Source of the DNA: Tubulanus polymorphus
Taxonomy: Eukaryota > Animalia > Nemertea
DNA: 64,000 bases
Reading direction: 5' to 3'
NCBI RefSeq assembly: GCF_964204645.1
Contig: NC_134031.1
Span: 4,960,001-5,024,000 of the forward strand
Part shown: positions 52,101 through 64,000 of the stretch, in pieces
Numbering within the stretch: position 1 is the first letter of the stretch
Layout of the letters: each line of letters begins with the position of its first letter
Position numbers and translations under genes: made by a program
Notes under the pieces: model-generated
What the model was told of the DNA's origin: nothing
The model's database searches: none
Seen by the model: only the letters and a program-made list of their open reading frames with translations

Positions 52101-52718
52101 AAAGTGGTCTCAGAACAGTGTCAAGTTGTTAGGAACCGAGATGATCTGGTCTTCGATTTAACCGTGCGACCGCAAATGGCCCCAGGTCTCCGCACACAAC
52201 CCATCCAGAACTGACTATCATTTCATCGGGGAGATATGTTTTTTCGCCATAAATTTAAGTGGTTTGAGATCAAAAATAGCGGATTAATGGAAAATGAAGA
52301 TTTTCAGCATATATTCAAATAGTTTTAGAGTAATCAAGCTCTTTAGGGAAGTTACAGCAATAGAACTGGTAGTTAGGTACGGAAGTCAATTTGTGTAATT
52401 CTCTGAATTATGGGGAGGGGTGCTAAAAACGGATAAATTATGCCTAGGCCTACATAACATGAACAGTCTCCACCGCGGAGATTGTATCGATTAGTATCGC
52501 ACCTGGGTCGTAGTCGACGATCGCAAGGACAACTTCTTGTTCCACTGGCCGGCGTCGATCGGCGACGCGGCCGGACTGTCGCTGCGTTGTAAACACGGGA
52601 AGGCGTCGTCGTACGAGACGACCTCCGGCTGCACGAACGATGGTTCGTACGCTTCATTCTCGATGTTACAGATCTCCTCCTCGGGATTGTTGATTTCTTG
52701 GGCCATTTCCGAATTCAT
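36733..52718 (-). CDS. HDLBP: Vigilin (high-density-lipoprotein-binding protein), multi-KH-domain RNA-binding protein, 19 coding exons
   Basis: Exons: 52503-52718, 50905-51016, 50356-50543, 49825-49959, 48874-49296, 47812-47919, 47119-47253, 46089-46277, 45076-45180, 44788-44988, 44287-44418, 43609-43914, 42867-43001, 40566-40784, 39882-40023, 39070-39233, 38340-38579, 37351-37791, 36733-36969, all GT-AG and in frame. Repeated KH GxxG motifs (HRFIIGRKG, HKYVIGPRG, HPKIIGRKG), N-terminal YDDAFP, VFHVPLEER, and C-terminal EDFPSL...AWGP are typical of vigilin. Confidence 0.96.
40128..40188. repeat. (ATT)n microsatellite
   Basis: Run of attattatt; similar runs at 32045-32095 and 32145-32178. Confidence 0.9.
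42005..42284 (+). mobile_element. piggyBac-like MITE, complete copy
   Basis: TTAA|ccctttcagtgc ... gcactgaaaggg|TTAA, i.e. a 12 bp TIR with a TTAA target-site duplication. Confidence 0.85.
47886..48050. repeat. 83 bp tandem duplication spanning a vigilin 3' splice site
   Basis: gcgcgtc(g/a)atttcgg(c/t)gataat(a/t)acgctgttagcctggacaaaaaaaa(a)gagatcaacgaccttaagtattgaa occurs twice. Confidence 0.9.
48262..48530. repeat. Purine-rich (GA) low-complexity tract
   Basis: Degenerate gagag/gaggg repeats. Confidence 0.8.
49366..49766. mobile_element. piggyBac-like MITE, rearranged copies
   Basis: A partial inverted copy at 49366-49454 abuts a TTAA|ccttttcaatgc copy that ends in an inverted left end (attaattagtcaggactgaaaagg). 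Confidence 0.65.
50610..50854 (-). mobile_element. piggyBac-like MITE (reverse orientation)
   Basis: ccctttcagtgc ... gtcagcactgaaaggg; the interior is the reverse complement of 42005-42284. Confidence 0.75.
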
Positions 52719-53631
52719 AGTCGGTGATTCAAAGCCTAGTTCGTACAGTACTCTGCAACGAGAAAGAAAAAAAATTTAACGTCAACATTTTTCGTTTTTT
52801 TTTCAATGGAAAGGGACGACTGTTCTAACACGAAACATTTCTCTCTTTTTTTCTATGGAAAGGGGAGCGATGATGAACACCTGCCACGGAGCGCGCCGTA
52901 TAATGAAGTACGTCGCTAAATACAGCTGTAAACATAAGCTACATCGACGGAATAATACTGGTATTTATACAGATTCGGCCCAAGAACAATCGATTAATAA
53001 AATCATCATTCATGACATCGCTCGCGACAAATCAAGATAAATTATCATCCTTTCGGAAAAAAAAAATTTTTTAAATTATTTCTTCAAATTGATTATAGGG
53101 AAACATTGAAATAATATCCTTTATTAAATTGGCAAATTTCACGACAAATCAATAATATACAAATGATAATTTTCTTAATTGAATCTTTCAGGCTAGCGAA
53201 AAATAATGAAATAATAATCGCGAAATGGGAAAACCAAATTAGACGAACAATGAGTTTTGCTTTTTTAAAGCCTTCAATTGAAATTTTCAATTCTAATGAC
53301 CAAATTACATTTGAAATTTTCAAATTATCAATGCCCTCTTTCAATTTTCTCAATTTTTACGACGAAATTAAAATCGAAATTTTCAATTTCAACTCTAATG
53401 ATAGGATAACCGGTAGACAATTTCACCCGACGATCATCAAGTCGGGCACAACGAAACGTTTATAGAAAAAAAAAAATCTATCACCATAATTCAGCGCCGT
53501 TTCCAATTGAAATTACCGATCGGAGATAAATTGAGACAGACGAGATGACGATAAGAACTTTCCGTCAAATGAGTTTCTCGGAAACGCGGACAATGAAATG
53601 AAAAACAGATGCGCCTCTGTCGTAGGTCTAT

Positions 53632-53635
<4 letters not shown>

Positions 53636-53682
<47 letters not shown>
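53636..53682. repeat. (TA)n microsatellite
   Basis: About 23 TA units. Confidence 0.95.
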
Positions 53683-53686
<4 letters not shown>

Positions 53687-56538
53687 GTGTAGATCGTACA
53701 TATAGAATACATATTTGCAGATGTGACTGTATTCTGTCAGCAGCGCAACAGCCACAACAGCTGTTTACAGCGCTGCGTCTACGTCAAACAAGGAAAGTCG
53801 CAACGGAGCGCGCGTTAGGCCATAGCCCGATTCAGCACCAGGCGACTGACTGACTAGTGAATTCTTCGTTCGTATCGTCGCGAATCACAAATTCGAGACT
53901 CTCCCGATGCGCGAATCAATACATGACAAACAGCAAGTCTACGAGTTGCGATCACCCGACGAAAACATCGATTTTAGACATTAAAAAAAAAAGGCCGCAA
54001 TTGAACAATACACAGAACCACGGTTTCGACGAGGGATGTTAAATATTCGAGTTATTGCGCGACTATCAATATTTTTTTTCTGCGTCCTAATTCGCGATAG
54101 GTCATTCCGGCATGTAAACAGCTTAGAGAACGCGCGCTAACACCCAACCCCTGAGTATAAACGGCGCGCTAATTCTAATAGGCATATTCCCGGAAATTGG
54201 GAAAAACGCATCATTAGCGATTGAGATATCTCGACGAGTATTTCAGCTGACAGGACCTAGTTCTGTGTGGCTCTCTTGTTGAGTTGACTTTTAGGGGTTT
54301 AAACATCGGTAATGCAAATTCAACGGACTATATCCTGTACATCCGATTTCAAAATCAACCCCCCCTCCACCTATTTCACAGAGACCATCGTAACTATCTA
54401 GATAGAGAGAGAGAAAGAGAGAGAGAGGGTCCTAAATGTTGTGTCTTTTGCTTTTAATTTCTTCAATGGCCTACTAAATTTGCTTTTAATCTTATAAATT
54501 TTGAATATAATGGGTTTTAAACTTATCATCTGTTCTCCACACCGCTATTCTTACCCCTATTTCGTTCTCATCAGGTGTGGTGGCTTTGTAAGGAATTTCA
54601 AATCAAATCGAAATCGACCAATCTATCAAATAAATAAACAACAGGGACGATTCCCTATTTCAGGAACAAACTGGAAAATGAACCCATTTCAACTGTCTCG
54701 AGTGGAAACATAACCCAAAAAAAATAAGAAAAAAAAATACAGAACTTAACTAGGTCTTGTCGATTAAATTCGAATCGCTTCGTCCATTTATAAGCGACGG
54801 TTTTATAAATAAAGGAATCCATTATTTAGAGTTGATTACGAGTATACGAGCAATCAATAATCAAGGATTCCACTCCGTGGAGAAGATGCATTAGTAAGTC
54901 GACAACATTCGCGTTTCAATTCCACTTTTCCCTTAATAAGTAAATCAACTCAATGCTAATAACGCTCGAGAACTCGCAGTAAACAAAAGATTCATTTCGC
55001 CTATTCTGATTTCTCAGTGATAATCTTTTCGTGCTTTTTATCAGTGAACCGAATAAAGGTCGCCATTGAATAAAAGCACTTCGAAAACAGGTCGCAGATA
55101 AAGTTATTAAAAATATTTGGTGCGATGGGCTGTTTGATGAACGAGAGTGCAATTTCTTTCTCAGAACAAAAAGTACGACTAACAAACACGTATAAAAGGT
55201 ATGGTTTATGGCTATGGAGCGAAGGACAGAAAAATGGATTTCTGTCCTAATCTGTCGACTCGGATTGCGCCACTCACTCAGGGCATTACTAACAAGTTCG
55301 GGGTATTTCTTCGCGCAGCGGACAAGAACCTATGACTGAGAGGCTGCGTCACTCAACAGGATTCTAAAGCCTAAACGCGCCTTGAATCTAGTAGTCGAAA
55401 AGGTACATCACACCAGACTACTTCTTATCTGTGATTTTTCACCATAAAAATGAGAGTAATTCAACACGGAAAATAGTGGACTTATTGAAAATGGACTAGA
55501 AATTATTCTGACCTTGTGAGAGTATTGATATCTTACGGAATAGTAGAGCTTTTCAAACGGCTAGAAACTACTCTCAAATAACAGAGTCGTAGTGCGAGGT
55601 CTGGGTGCACGCCTAAAAGATAGTCAGATGCTTAAATCGCAATTTCAAATCCGTACTAGTTGAAAATGATTGTCAGCACGGGCTATCGGGGAATGCGCCT
55701 TCTGTAAGAGGAAATTAATCAGATCGGGTTTTAATACATGAACTGCTGTAGACATGAGAGTATCGATGTTACCCAATTTCGCGCAGCCAGCTGACAATAT
55801 TTGCATAACAACAATTGCGTCAGTCGGTCTATATAGCCTATAGGCCGTTCCTTTCGAAACCTATCGATATCGCGTAGCCGGCAGTCACGAGTAATAAACG
55901 TGGTTTCAGCAGACAGACGCACTATACTCAACGTGTACCGTAGTACACTGTATGTATCGGGCATCTTTATGATTAAGGTTATGCAGGAATCGGGGATTAA
56001 AACCCGAAAGCCACACACTGTCGTCGCTTTCACGACGCAAATTCTCATGACCGCTCGTGACCTTCGGGGGAAATTCGCCACGCGCGAAGCTAGCTTTTTA
56101 AAATCACGCGTATCGATTAAGATGGCGAGAGCGTTCACTCTCCGCTCTATCTAGCTCGGTGAATTCATTCAAATCACCGCTAGCACAAATGGTAGGCGGT
56201 TCTAGCTTGAGTCTACGACTCTACTCTTTGCACCACCATTTCCTTTACGTTTCCAGGGTTTAGAGCAAAGACCTAGGCCTATGTAAAACATAGAAACAAC
56301 AATGTTTGATCTTGGAAATATAGATTCCCGAAACCACGTTTCACACACACGGCACAGGGAAATGCTCAGAAACATGTTCCTAGCTCCGGTTTCCGTGTTT
56401 TCCTATGTCGCGGGCATTAGACTTTTGGCAACTTACGCGACCAATTTTGTTGGCTTGGGTAATGATTTCTTACTAAACGTATATCGCTTTACGAGACGAA
56501 ATGAACCCATCGTTGCTTGCCTCAAATCATTTATCTTC

Positions 56539-56966
56539 CAGTGTTGCCAGCACCTAGCTTTGCTATATCCGGAAGTATTTATTGACATACACAAACTTGC
56601 GAGCGCCGAAGGCGCGAAGCCATTTCGGGGGGTTTTGGGGTCCCCTCCCCCCCCAAGAAAATTTCAGAAATTAGAAGCGTTTTCCGAGCACTTAGAGCGA
56701 TCGTGAACCCATGAACAACTTATTATATTCTGGAAGGTAATGGCTATTTCCAATGTGGCACATCCTCATTCGTTGACGATCAGCATCTTCTCACGCATTA
56801 CGGGTCGAGTCCTGAATTATTGCAGTTCAAATGCGCCGATGAACGCTCACAAATTCAAGATCGTAGCGCTTGAGCGCTTAGTTGGCAAGGAAATATTTAA
56901 AATTTCGTTAATAATCAATTTTTGATTTCCGGAACTCCGGAAATTTCCGGAAGTCTGGCAACACTG
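56539..56966. mobile_element. hAT-like MITE with 6 bp target-site duplication
   Basis: Perfect 12 bp TIR cagtgttgccag ... ctggcaacactg; atcttc on both flanks. Confidence 0.75.
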
Positions 56967-57119
56967 ATCTTCAAATGCCACAAATGCTCTCCAGCGTAGC
57001 AGGTTTTTTGTCACCACCTGCAGTATAGCGTAGCGTGTAAGGAAATCACATTTTTACAATCCTAAAACCTGCCACTCTTTCCGCCACTAAGAATCCTGCG
57101 AAAAAACAATTCTCCTCTA

Positions 57120-57480
57120 GACTAGCCGGCTATGCAAGAGCCGGTCGCCGCGAACGAAGAATTGCGTTTTTACCCGACGACCGATGGGGAATGAAAAATT
57201 GCAACAACGCGGAATCGATCGCGTTAGCCGCGCTAGATTAGTCAGTCAGCGGCGACGACGACGAAAAAAACGCGAAACGACGATCGAACACGGCGAAGCA
57301 GAAAGCGTAACGACATCACGTACAGAGTCGACGTGAAATACACACACGCGCCCGGTCGGTACAAACGCGTTATATAGTCAACATCGCGATCGTCGGTTCA
57401 CAGTGAGACAAGTCATTTCTCGCACTGTTACGAGTAGTTTTACGCTAGGCCTAAGCTAGGTTGATTATATAATCAGCCAT
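57120..57480 (-). promoter_or_regulatory. Candidate vigilin promoter and non-coding first exon
   Basis: CpG-rich island, pyrimidine-rich on the minus strand, with a plausible donor (cgtcgg|gtaaaa) near 57173. The first coding exon has an acceptor at 52752, so an upstream UTR exon is required. Confidence 0.35.
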
Positions 57481-58202
57481 TGTTCCGACGACCGATGAGT
57501 GCGCGTTTTTTTTACAGTCAGCTGTTCGGATCAGAATTGACCTATCAGGGCGAGCTATTTCAGTCGGGCATCGCTCAAAATTGACCAATGAGCAAACTAT
57601 CTAAAAGTCTTACGAAGTTAATATTTATATCGGCAAATAATGTTTTAAATAATTTTCAGTAATGGTCATGGGTTCGAGACACTTCTAGTCAGATTGTTTA
57701 GTCAGAATTGACTTACGAAGCAGAGTTTGTTCATGTACTGCCAGCCGATCAGGAACTGAGTCATTTTCAGCTCCAAGTCGCCAGAGTGCATTGAAAACAA
57801 GACGCAGCGATGGTTGTAGAATACGACGATATTTCTAGCAGTTGGATTTTTCGCGAAAATTACGCAACAGTTAAGAGTTAAGAATTGGTTAGATAAGATT
57901 TCTACACCGAACTAGGTCAAATACAATATCGGGTCATAATCTCCCCGCCAAAATACATTCCTTATGAAAACGGGGATTTGAATCAACAATTCGATTTCAA
58001 AGTCAAAAATACGACATCGAGACTGGAGTGGACGAACTGCCCAGGACATTACTAATTTCTTTTCGCATCAGGCCTCGGTCACATTAAGTTTTTCGTAAGC
58101 CAATCATTATTTCGAGATAACATTGCCAATAACGGTTTATCTATCTTACTAATGTGACATGCTAACTCTTTATCTTCTAGATTCACGGCTAAGCCAACTA
58201 GG

Positions 58203-58262
58203 CTAACTGATTGTTTCTTGAGCCAGATAATACTGTATTTGTTATTAATCAGCGTATAGGGC

Positions 58263-58321
<59 letters not shown>

Positions 58322-58405
58322 CCCTATACGCTGATTAATAACAAATACAGTATTATCTGGCTCAAGAAACAATCAGTTAGTCTGTAGTCCTAATATAAAA
58401 GTTCA

Positions 58406-58501
<96 letters not shown>

Positions 58502-58524
58502 TGAACTTTTATATTAGGACTACA
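58203..58524. repeat. Two adjacent palindromes with perfect arms, each centred on (TA)n
   Basis: 62 bp arm-(TA)n-inverted arm (58203-58380), then 28 bp arm-(TA)n-inverted arm (58383-58524). Confidence 0.95.
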
Positions 58525-59819
58525 CTGATTTGTTAACAGAGGGACTGACCTAGATGGTGGACTCTGCATAAGGGTTGCCACCTTCGCATCCAGTCAAAAC
58601 CTGCAATATCCTCTCAGAAATTGAATCTTTCAAATATATTTCTTATCATCTAACACTGAAAAATGTACGGTTCAGTTCTCTCCAGACCAATACCTTATCA
58701 ACTACCCCGGTATATCATTTAGTCTTAATGGAAAAAAATCTGATGGAGCCTGACGATGTAATAAATATCCTACTGATTAATTTCAGCTTATTCTATTCAT
58801 TGAAGATTTATGAATTTATCACCCTAGTAAAAATTGATACGATCAATTAGCAGAAATAGGATGTTGGGGAGTTAAGGCACCTGAAGCCAAATATTACATA
58901 CAGCCTAACAAGATTGCCTCCGTATTGCCTAGCCGAATTTTCACTGGAAATTGCTTTACTAATGAGATAGACTTGTTTGAAGTGTGGAAGAAATCAACGC
59001 ATTAGAAGACCAGCAGAGTAACTACACTAGCAAACCTGGTGGATCCTCACTTAGACCTTGGGCCTATCACGACTATTACAGTAACAGTTCAAGTCTAGGC
59101 ATCTAGGATATTATCCAGCTTTAAGGTTTAAATCAGCCTGAATTAACGCGGGTTTTTATTAGTCCCTATCGAATCCAGAATACTGATCTGGCGCAATCGT
59201 TCCGACCAAAATACGCTCTATACCAATACCGGAATAGTATGATCTATAGACCTGATAGAAGACCATGGAGTCTGATGAAATCGGGCAAATATGTTCCTTC
59301 GAGGCCCGTTCACATCGCCTAACGATTGAATTTGACACTTACCCCAAATCCCTACTCTTTTAGAGAGTTCTACCTAATCTTGTTATATAATTAACTTCAA
59401 TCTCATTTTTTGACTCAGCCCTGGTCCTAGGCCTACAAGCCATGAACTAACGTTTTAATTGTCCTTATTTTGACATAGAAAAAGATAAAATCAACGAATC
59501 ACATGCGAGTAATTATGCGGCTTGTATTGTAATAAAAATATTTGTTATTGTTGAAACGTGTCGTGTGACGGCACGTCGTCGAGTCCCGAGACCGAAATCA
59601 TCATCACTCAAAAAGGGCCGAAAAATGCCGTTTTCAACTCACCAGTACTGCGTCCGCAAAAAGTCCGTCCTGGAATTGAAGCTCGAGTCAATACGGCTTC
59701 AAAGTGGCTGTATGTCAGTCTGAAAAAACAAACGGAAGCCGTCGAATTACGACCGAAAACGGCAAAATTCAGGGGATAATTTTAGAAGTACGGCCATTAC
59801 GCACCACGGACAAAAGTGG

Positions 59820-59930
59820 AAGGTTCCTTTTGACGTCACTAGTGTTATATACGTGAACTGCGCCGATATGAAACCGCGATTCTGATTGGTCCACTTTGGC
59901 AAATCCACCTGCGTCGCCCAATGATAAGAG
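59820..59930. promoter_or_regulatory. Candidate promoter with a CRE palindrome and two CCAAT boxes
   Basis: TGACGTCA at 59831-59838; ctgATTGGtc near 59885; gcCCAATga near 59918. Lies in a CpG-rich region upstream of the Rho-BTB gene. Confidence 0.45.
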
Positions 59931-61850
59931 CTCTTCTATTTTGGTTCGATTAGATGTCGTTAGTAGGTTCGAGTCCCGACAACATTTCTATTTTTGAATT
60001 ATAGATTGGAAACCTTTTCGGTCAATCATTTTCTGAAAATATATTCAGCATTAGTTTTTTTGTCTTAGACATGCTTCAAATTTGTAAATCGAAGTCGAAT
60101 AAAAAGAGCTGTTTTTTTCATTTGATCGAGTCTTAGGTTCGAATCCCCAGATTTCAGAATTCTCGAATCGAAAATATAGTGTTCCCTCGTTTCGGTCGAG
60201 GCAAATCTCAAACTATTAATTCCAAAGCGTTTTGTAATGCAGAATCGTTAGTAGTCACCAACTTAATCCTAACCCTGACTTTAACCCACTCAATGATGTT
60301 TTCCCAACAAGCCACGGAAATTAATTCAAGACTAAGAAATTTAACTAAACTAAGTATCTTTAATATAGATCTCAGTTCAGTTTACAGACAAACAATATCT
60401 GATGAAAAACATGTCATCTTTTTCATCAGGTATTGGTGAATGAAAAAAAAAACACATACTGTTGAAATAACAAGCGTTGATTTTCTTACAAACAGAACAA
60501 CTGAAATATGATTATCTAATTATAACATGATATACTATTTAAAAGTAAATAGTGCTGTTCTGTGTAACGATGGCTTAATCACTGGGGTCAGCGTTTACAT
60601 GCGTTCCTCATAGTCAGCGAACAAAATAAAAACGACTGTATTTTCGCGACAGTCTGCGATCATCGGGACTCGAACTCGAAATACATTCTAAAAATAGATA
60701 TTACAGCGATGAGCTATAAATAGCGATAGCTCTGGAAGTACATAACGATTCCGCCGTTCCCAGACATTATTCATTCGACAGTCTGGAGCTAGACGGACAC
60801 GGATCCTCCCCTCAAATCGCAATCAAACGGAGGTAATTTTTTTCACAGATTATAATTGCTTGCTCAAGCGATACTGCCTGTTGATATTTCTGATCGAAAA
60901 CCGTGTTTTGAAAACAAATCAAATACGGTTCACTGATTTTGTATATGCAATGTGATGTTTTTTTTTGTTATCATATTATCATGTTATTGCTAGGTTTTAA
61001 TTTCTTAATCCATTCGTAATCAGTTATTTCACTTTTGATGCACGATCCAAAGCTAATTGGGAAGATATATATTTGAAATTTGAAACATATTTGAAACATA
61101 TGAACAGTGCTACGTTAGCATATGATTTACCAATACAACCTTGTAGCCTACGAATAATAAACACGGGATAAACGTCCTTATTTGATTGTGACACACTTAG
61201 GATGGTAAAAATCCTGTTCAGTGATTTAAGCATTTTCCGATAGATGGCGAAGTTGAAATGTTTGCATTTTCGTTGAAAATTTTGTATCCTATTTCGCCTA
61301 GTAATTCCGGTGAATTTCTGCGAGTTTGCGTCGTACGAATTTTTTTCAAGGACGCGAACATTTTTTCGCTGTGCAAAAAATAGATTTTTCTCTTAATTTT
61401 TCTGCGACAGAGAACTGAGCAATATGTTGAAGAACTGGCAATACATTATGCGAATTTATATTCGGCACCTTATGATAGTTTCTATCGCTTTGTTGAGATT
61501 TTCTCCTCACTTTTTCCAATTTAATTCGTTTATTTCGTTTTTATCTCTTAATTGGAAATATTGATATCGTCTTCCTGAAAATATATACAACTTTTGCTCA
61601 TCTCATTCAAAAGCACACTGTTCTAACAAATTTCAAGTGGCATTTTTGAAATTTTCAGGACCATCAAAACGTAGTTTTTTTAAAAATGATTTTTACAATT
61701 TTCAATCATAATTTTTTCAGTTTTTATAAAACTGAAGAATATCAAAGAAAAACTTGGTGTCAATCCGGAAGATTTCCGATTCTAATTCCGAGGACTGTGT
61801 ATCCTGAATATCATTTCGGAATCTTTATTAAGACATCAAACCGCGAAGAG

Positions 61851-63603
61851 ATGTTGGACCCGTGTGATGAGTATGATGTAAAACTAGTGGTAGTGGGCGA
61901 TGGAGGCGTCGGTAAAAGTTGTCTATTGAAAACGTTCTCTTCGGGTAGTTTTCCCGGTGAAAATATACCGATTGTCTTTGATAATTACTCACAGAATATG
62001 CTCATAGATGGCCGATCATACAACGTTGGTTTTTGGGACACGCCAGGGCAGGTTAGTAGGATGCATTCGGCGAAAATATTCGTTTGTCGTCTCGCGTGAA
62101 TGATTTTTCGATTTTGCATGGAAGTGTATGATCCGGGTAAATCACACATTTTACATTCCCTTCGTCTTTCGATTCCACGAATCGAGCGAGGTACACTACA
62201 TTGCAAGTTCAGAAGTGATTTCGTCATACAGGTCTGCAGCCTTAATACACTCCAAACCGTCACCTTGAAACCACTATCAAAGTCTAAACGATCACTTTTG
62301 AACGTTAAAATGACTTTATGGCTTTTGAAGACACATTAAAATTAGTTTGTTAATCACCAAAAGTCTGTTTTGGCCAACCAGTAGGTTGACAATTGCATTT
62401 GAATTGACAATGCGTTATTTTCTATGGGGACGAAAACATCCCGATTCGGAAAATATATAATTATCTCCAATTGAATTTTCAGGAGGATTACCATCGTATA
62501 CGGCCGTTGTACTATCCCCACACGGACGTGTTCCTCATGTGTTTCAGCCTCGACGATCAGTCTTCATTCGAAAACATCAGAGAGCAATGGCTACCGGAAG
62601 TGAGACTTCACTGCCCGAATGTACCCTGTTTGATCGTCGGATGCAAAGCTGGTGTGTATAATTCTATGCAACGGTCAAATCACATTTCGCAATGAAAAAT
62701 GAAACTCCAATTTATTTCTCCATTTTAATCATTTCTTTTCTGCACTGCCTTTTGGTTGGTTCTTAATTGGTAATGATTCGTAATGTCTTATCGTAAGCGG
62801 TTGATATTAAGCCATTAAGCATCAACATTCTAATTTCCAGCGTTTCTGTTTACTAAAAGATTCGCCCGCAAAAGAATTGAATAGCAAAAAAATACAAATT
62901 CCAATCTTTCCTCAATTTGAAAATTTGTCATTTTCTCCAGCCCATATGAAAAGAAAAAAGAAACTTTGAAAGCAATTTTCCACTGCCAGTACATTGGTGA
63001 ATTTCCCCATTTAGATTTGCGATGGGATACCGATGCAAGCTCTAGGACATTAGTTTCAACTAAGAGCATTCAACAGTTGTCCAAAGAACTGAGATTCGAT
63101 TACTTCGAAACTAGTGCGAAATCTTGTGTCGGCCTAAAAGAAGCGTTTGAAGCAGCGGTAATGTATCGGGCATGACCATCCAATTCGAAAAAGTTTAATG
63201 TCGATTATAACTATTTCAATTCATGTTATAGATTAAAGAATTCGAACTCGAAAAATCGCGCAGATCGTTAAGAGGGAAATTACGTGGCTTCGGGCGCAAG
63301 CGAAAACCGTTGCCGATCACACCTATCATGCCCCCTGTTGGTAAAAAGATGAACTACGTATGCCACTGAGAGGTGTTACTCGCGTATGGTTATCAACAGT
63401 TATTGATTATTTCAGGTAAAGCACCTGTGGTTGTAGTTGAGACGTCCAGATTTGCGTCAGATTGGAAACGAATTTTGGAAAGTCCTCGCCACAGTGACGT
63501 CACGTTTCTGTTAAACGACGGCCAAAGACTCGACGCCCACGCGGTTCTACTCGCCAGTGCGTCCGAGTTCTTCAGGCGAGCTTTAGGAATAGAAGCCGTT
63601 GAG
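61851..63603 (+). CDS. Rho/Rac-like GTPase fused to a BTB domain (RhoBTB/RacA-like), 3'-partial
   Basis: Exons 61851-62051, 62483-62651, 63015-63157, 63232-63340, 63416-63603. G1 [14 protein letters not shown]3 WDTPGQEDY, G4 GCKADL, G5 ETSAK; a basic, proline-rich linker ([14 protein letters not shown]); BTB start HSDVTFLL...[14 protein letters not shown]. The window ends at an acceptor (ttttttcag, 64000). Confidence 0.9.
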
Positions 63604-64000
63604 GTGAAGAATACGTTATTCGTTGAAAACTTTGTAGATAGTCCTTTGAGAATAAATTCAATCTTTGCTCACAGGTTGGCGCCAAACCTATCAAAATAGG
63701 CCTTGGTGTATACAGATACCTCCAAAAGTATATGTATTTTAAATAGCAGGCCCGTGCCCAAAAAATCTCGAGTTCCACTATTTTTTGTCAAGGGAAATTT
63801 CTTAGACTTGATTTCACGTCTCTCGTCTCTCGCACTTGCTCACATTCATATAACTATGATACAGATATAGACACTGTTATCAAAAAATTTGCCAGTCTCC
63901 ATAAACGAAGGATGAGAATGCAGTACATGTTGTTCGAATAATAGACCTAATAAAAACTTGTTCTGAATATGTTTCGAGGATTAATTACTCATTTTTTCAG

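Noticed and set aside
55731-56154. 135 aa and 84 aa ORFs upstream of vigilin
   Set aside because: No recognisable domain, non-ATG starts, and no splice context; probably CpG-rich non-coding sequence.

Overview
Eukaryotic, intron-rich, AT-rich animal DNA. It is probably an invertebrate bilaterian, possibly a lophotrochozoan, but this is inferred only from gene and repeat types. From left to right the window holds: (1) a >=870 bp (AC)n tract; (2) a tandem array of four intronless, closely related FMRFamide-receptor-like rhodopsin-family GPCR genes (+), with a dead antisense LINE between copies 2 and 3; (3) 15 spliced exons (17677-29592, +) of an atypical ionotropic glutamate receptor whose N-terminal exons I could not find in the window. 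This receptor has a GxG (LLGAG) pore loop, a glycine-type ligand pocket and a Cys pair in S1 loop 1. Its introns contain an antisense intronless GPCR, a Penelope-like remnant with a minimal hammerhead ribozyme, and a Helentron-type element with four CTCF-like motifs; (4) a complete 19-coding-exon vigilin/HDLBP gene (-) with an apparently ~4.9 kb 3' UTR and a duplicated splice acceptor; (5) a divergent promoter region containing a double (TA)n-centred palindrome; (6) the first five coding exons of a Rac-like GTPase-BTB (RhoBTB/RacA-like) gene that runs off the window. Many MITEs (piggyBac-, hAT-, Harbinger/Zator- and Tc1/pogo-like) are scattered throughout. All exon coordinates were read by hand from GT/AG boundaries and frame continuity; no database searches were run.
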